Positions 62,541-64,000 of a stretch of 64,000 bases of DNA are shown here, in pieces (within the stretch, counting starts at the first letter, position 1; every line of letters begins with the position of its first letter). Both the position numbers and the translations under genes were made by a program. Location: NCBI GenBank assembly GCA_965113315.1, contig OZ220364.1; one strand, given 5' to 3'. Source of the DNA: Podarcis vaucheri. Its lineage: Eukaryota. The notes under the pieces were generated by a model. The model was not told the DNA's origin and made no database searches. It saw only the letters and a program-made list of their open reading frames with translations.

Positions 62541-64000
62541 ATAGTCCGTGCTGGAAATGAAATGTGAGCATTCGTGTCTCTACATCTGAAGTCAGTGAGG
62601 AAGGAGCGACTGGACCTCAGAGGCCTGGAAGGGAAAACCCTGAGAACACAGATCTGTCAACAGTGCAGACTTGGATACAAAGTATACAAAGAAGCATTTT
62701 CCTAGAAGGCCTGTTTTGAATGCATGTTCTTCTATAGTATCTTTCTGGTTGGTTTTACCCATAGCTTTGAAAATGTGGTGAGATGGAACAAAATGTGGTT
62801 TTTTCTCCTGTGGTATCGTCAGCTTTTGTGATGACCAAGAACAACCCAATCAAGCACAAAACTTTATGGCCCTTAAAAGAGTTGTTGTTTTTTGGGGGTG
62901 TTACAGTTGAAGCAGTCATCGCTTCAGTGTGTTGCAAGTCTTCCGCTTGATGCACCATGTGACTGAAAAGCCTTCCTGCTTGATGGGAAACAACAGCTTA
63001 AATGTTTAAAACATTCAGAAATGCTAAGTTGTTCCTGCAATAGATGATAAAGAGCTGTGTGATTTACGCAAGCAAAAAAAAAAAAAATCAGGTTCTTTTA
63101 GAGATGGAATATTGACTATCATTCTCCACCTAGAATTAGAGGATTTTTTGTCATTGCCTTGTTGTCCTCTGCCCTTCTAAAATTGTTTCGGGTGCAATCT
63201 TGTGCACAATTAGCTGGAAACAAGCCACATGTATAGGACAGTGTATAGGACCTTTCTAAGTTTACTTAAGCGGTGGAGCATTGACAGAAGAGTCTTCTCA
63301 TATTTTGAATTGATTATCACTGCTATGGTGGCCCTGTATAATACCTTCCCCTTAACCAAGTACTGTTGGCAGTAGTTTTACCTGAGCGTCTAGAATTTTA
63401 TACAGCCAGGAGAAGAGGCACTGATTGTCATGACCCAGACTCTTGATAAAGTTGCCGGGTCAAGGAACTAGTAAGTTCTTTGAGAAATGCGATTGATGCA
63501 TTCTTTGGGATATAGTCAATAGAATAATGAGATCAATACACTTCCCCATTCTGGGAAAATATATGACATTTGGTTCAGACTTAGGTATCCAAACTTTGTA
63601 AACAATGCTAAAAAATAGATTTGGCATGACTTCAGGGCGTTTAGAAACAAACAAAAGGGAGCAGCTTATATATCGTTAATATGTGTGGTTCCAAAGGCAT
63701 GCAGAATTTCAACAAAAGTTAAAAATTGCCCTGTCATAACCCTGTAGAACAAAGAGGTAAACATAGGAATTTCTGTGTGAACGATTCACAGAATTGGAGA
63801 TCGAGGCGGGACTCAAAAGGTCATGCTTCTGCAGTTCCCTACACCAAAGGAGACCTCCTGTCACCAGTGTACCCTAGAGCTCAGATGAGAGTGTACTGCC
63901 TGTAGGAGGTAGAAACAAGAAAGGGATGTGTATGGGAGGAGAAAGCCTGGAGAGAAAATACCAGAGACAATGCAAAGAAGCCATGTGACAGTGCTACAGA
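62541..64000 (+). other. CYFIP2: CYFIP2 3' UTR (probably continues past the window)
   Basis: Follows the stop codon, no recognisable repeats, no AATAAA seen before the window end. A genomic A-run lies at ~63073-63087. Confidence 0.7.

Noticed and set aside
63073-63087. Poly(A) run as transcript end or retrocopy tail
   Set aside because: No upstream AATAAA and no TSD; it is a genomic A-tract and a possible internal-priming artefact site.

Overview
Vertebrate genomic DNA from a squamate reptile. Sauria SINEs, a BovB/RTE fragment and palindromic MITEs point to a lizard, probably a lacertid (inference). The window holds essentially one gene, CYFIP2 (WAVE regulatory complex subunit, FMRP interactor), on the + strand. 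It has a CpG-island promoter and non-coding exon 1 (~1.2-1.4 kb), 30 coding exons from ATG 12827 to TAA 62540, and a 3' UTR that runs off the window. All coding exons have GT-AG boundaries and compatible phases, summing to 3762 nt = 1253 aa, almost identical to human CYFIP2 as I recall it. Introns carry Sauria SINEs with target-site duplications (TSDs), Tc1/mariner-pogo and hAT MITEs, CR1/L2/RTE fragments and microsatellites. Best observations: (1) the K320E A-to-I recoding hairpin can be folded by eye, with an A:C mismatch at A23589 and the exon 10 splice donor buried in the stem; (2) there is no intact ORF for FNDC9, the antisense gene nested in mammalian CYFIP2, but an apparent eroded remnant sits at the expected position; (3) an inverted repeat pair brackets the promoter; (4) the exon 4/5 junction rebuilds a 5' splice site. 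I found no convincing wholly new biological system. Comparisons with human proteins are from memory and need confirming by alignment.
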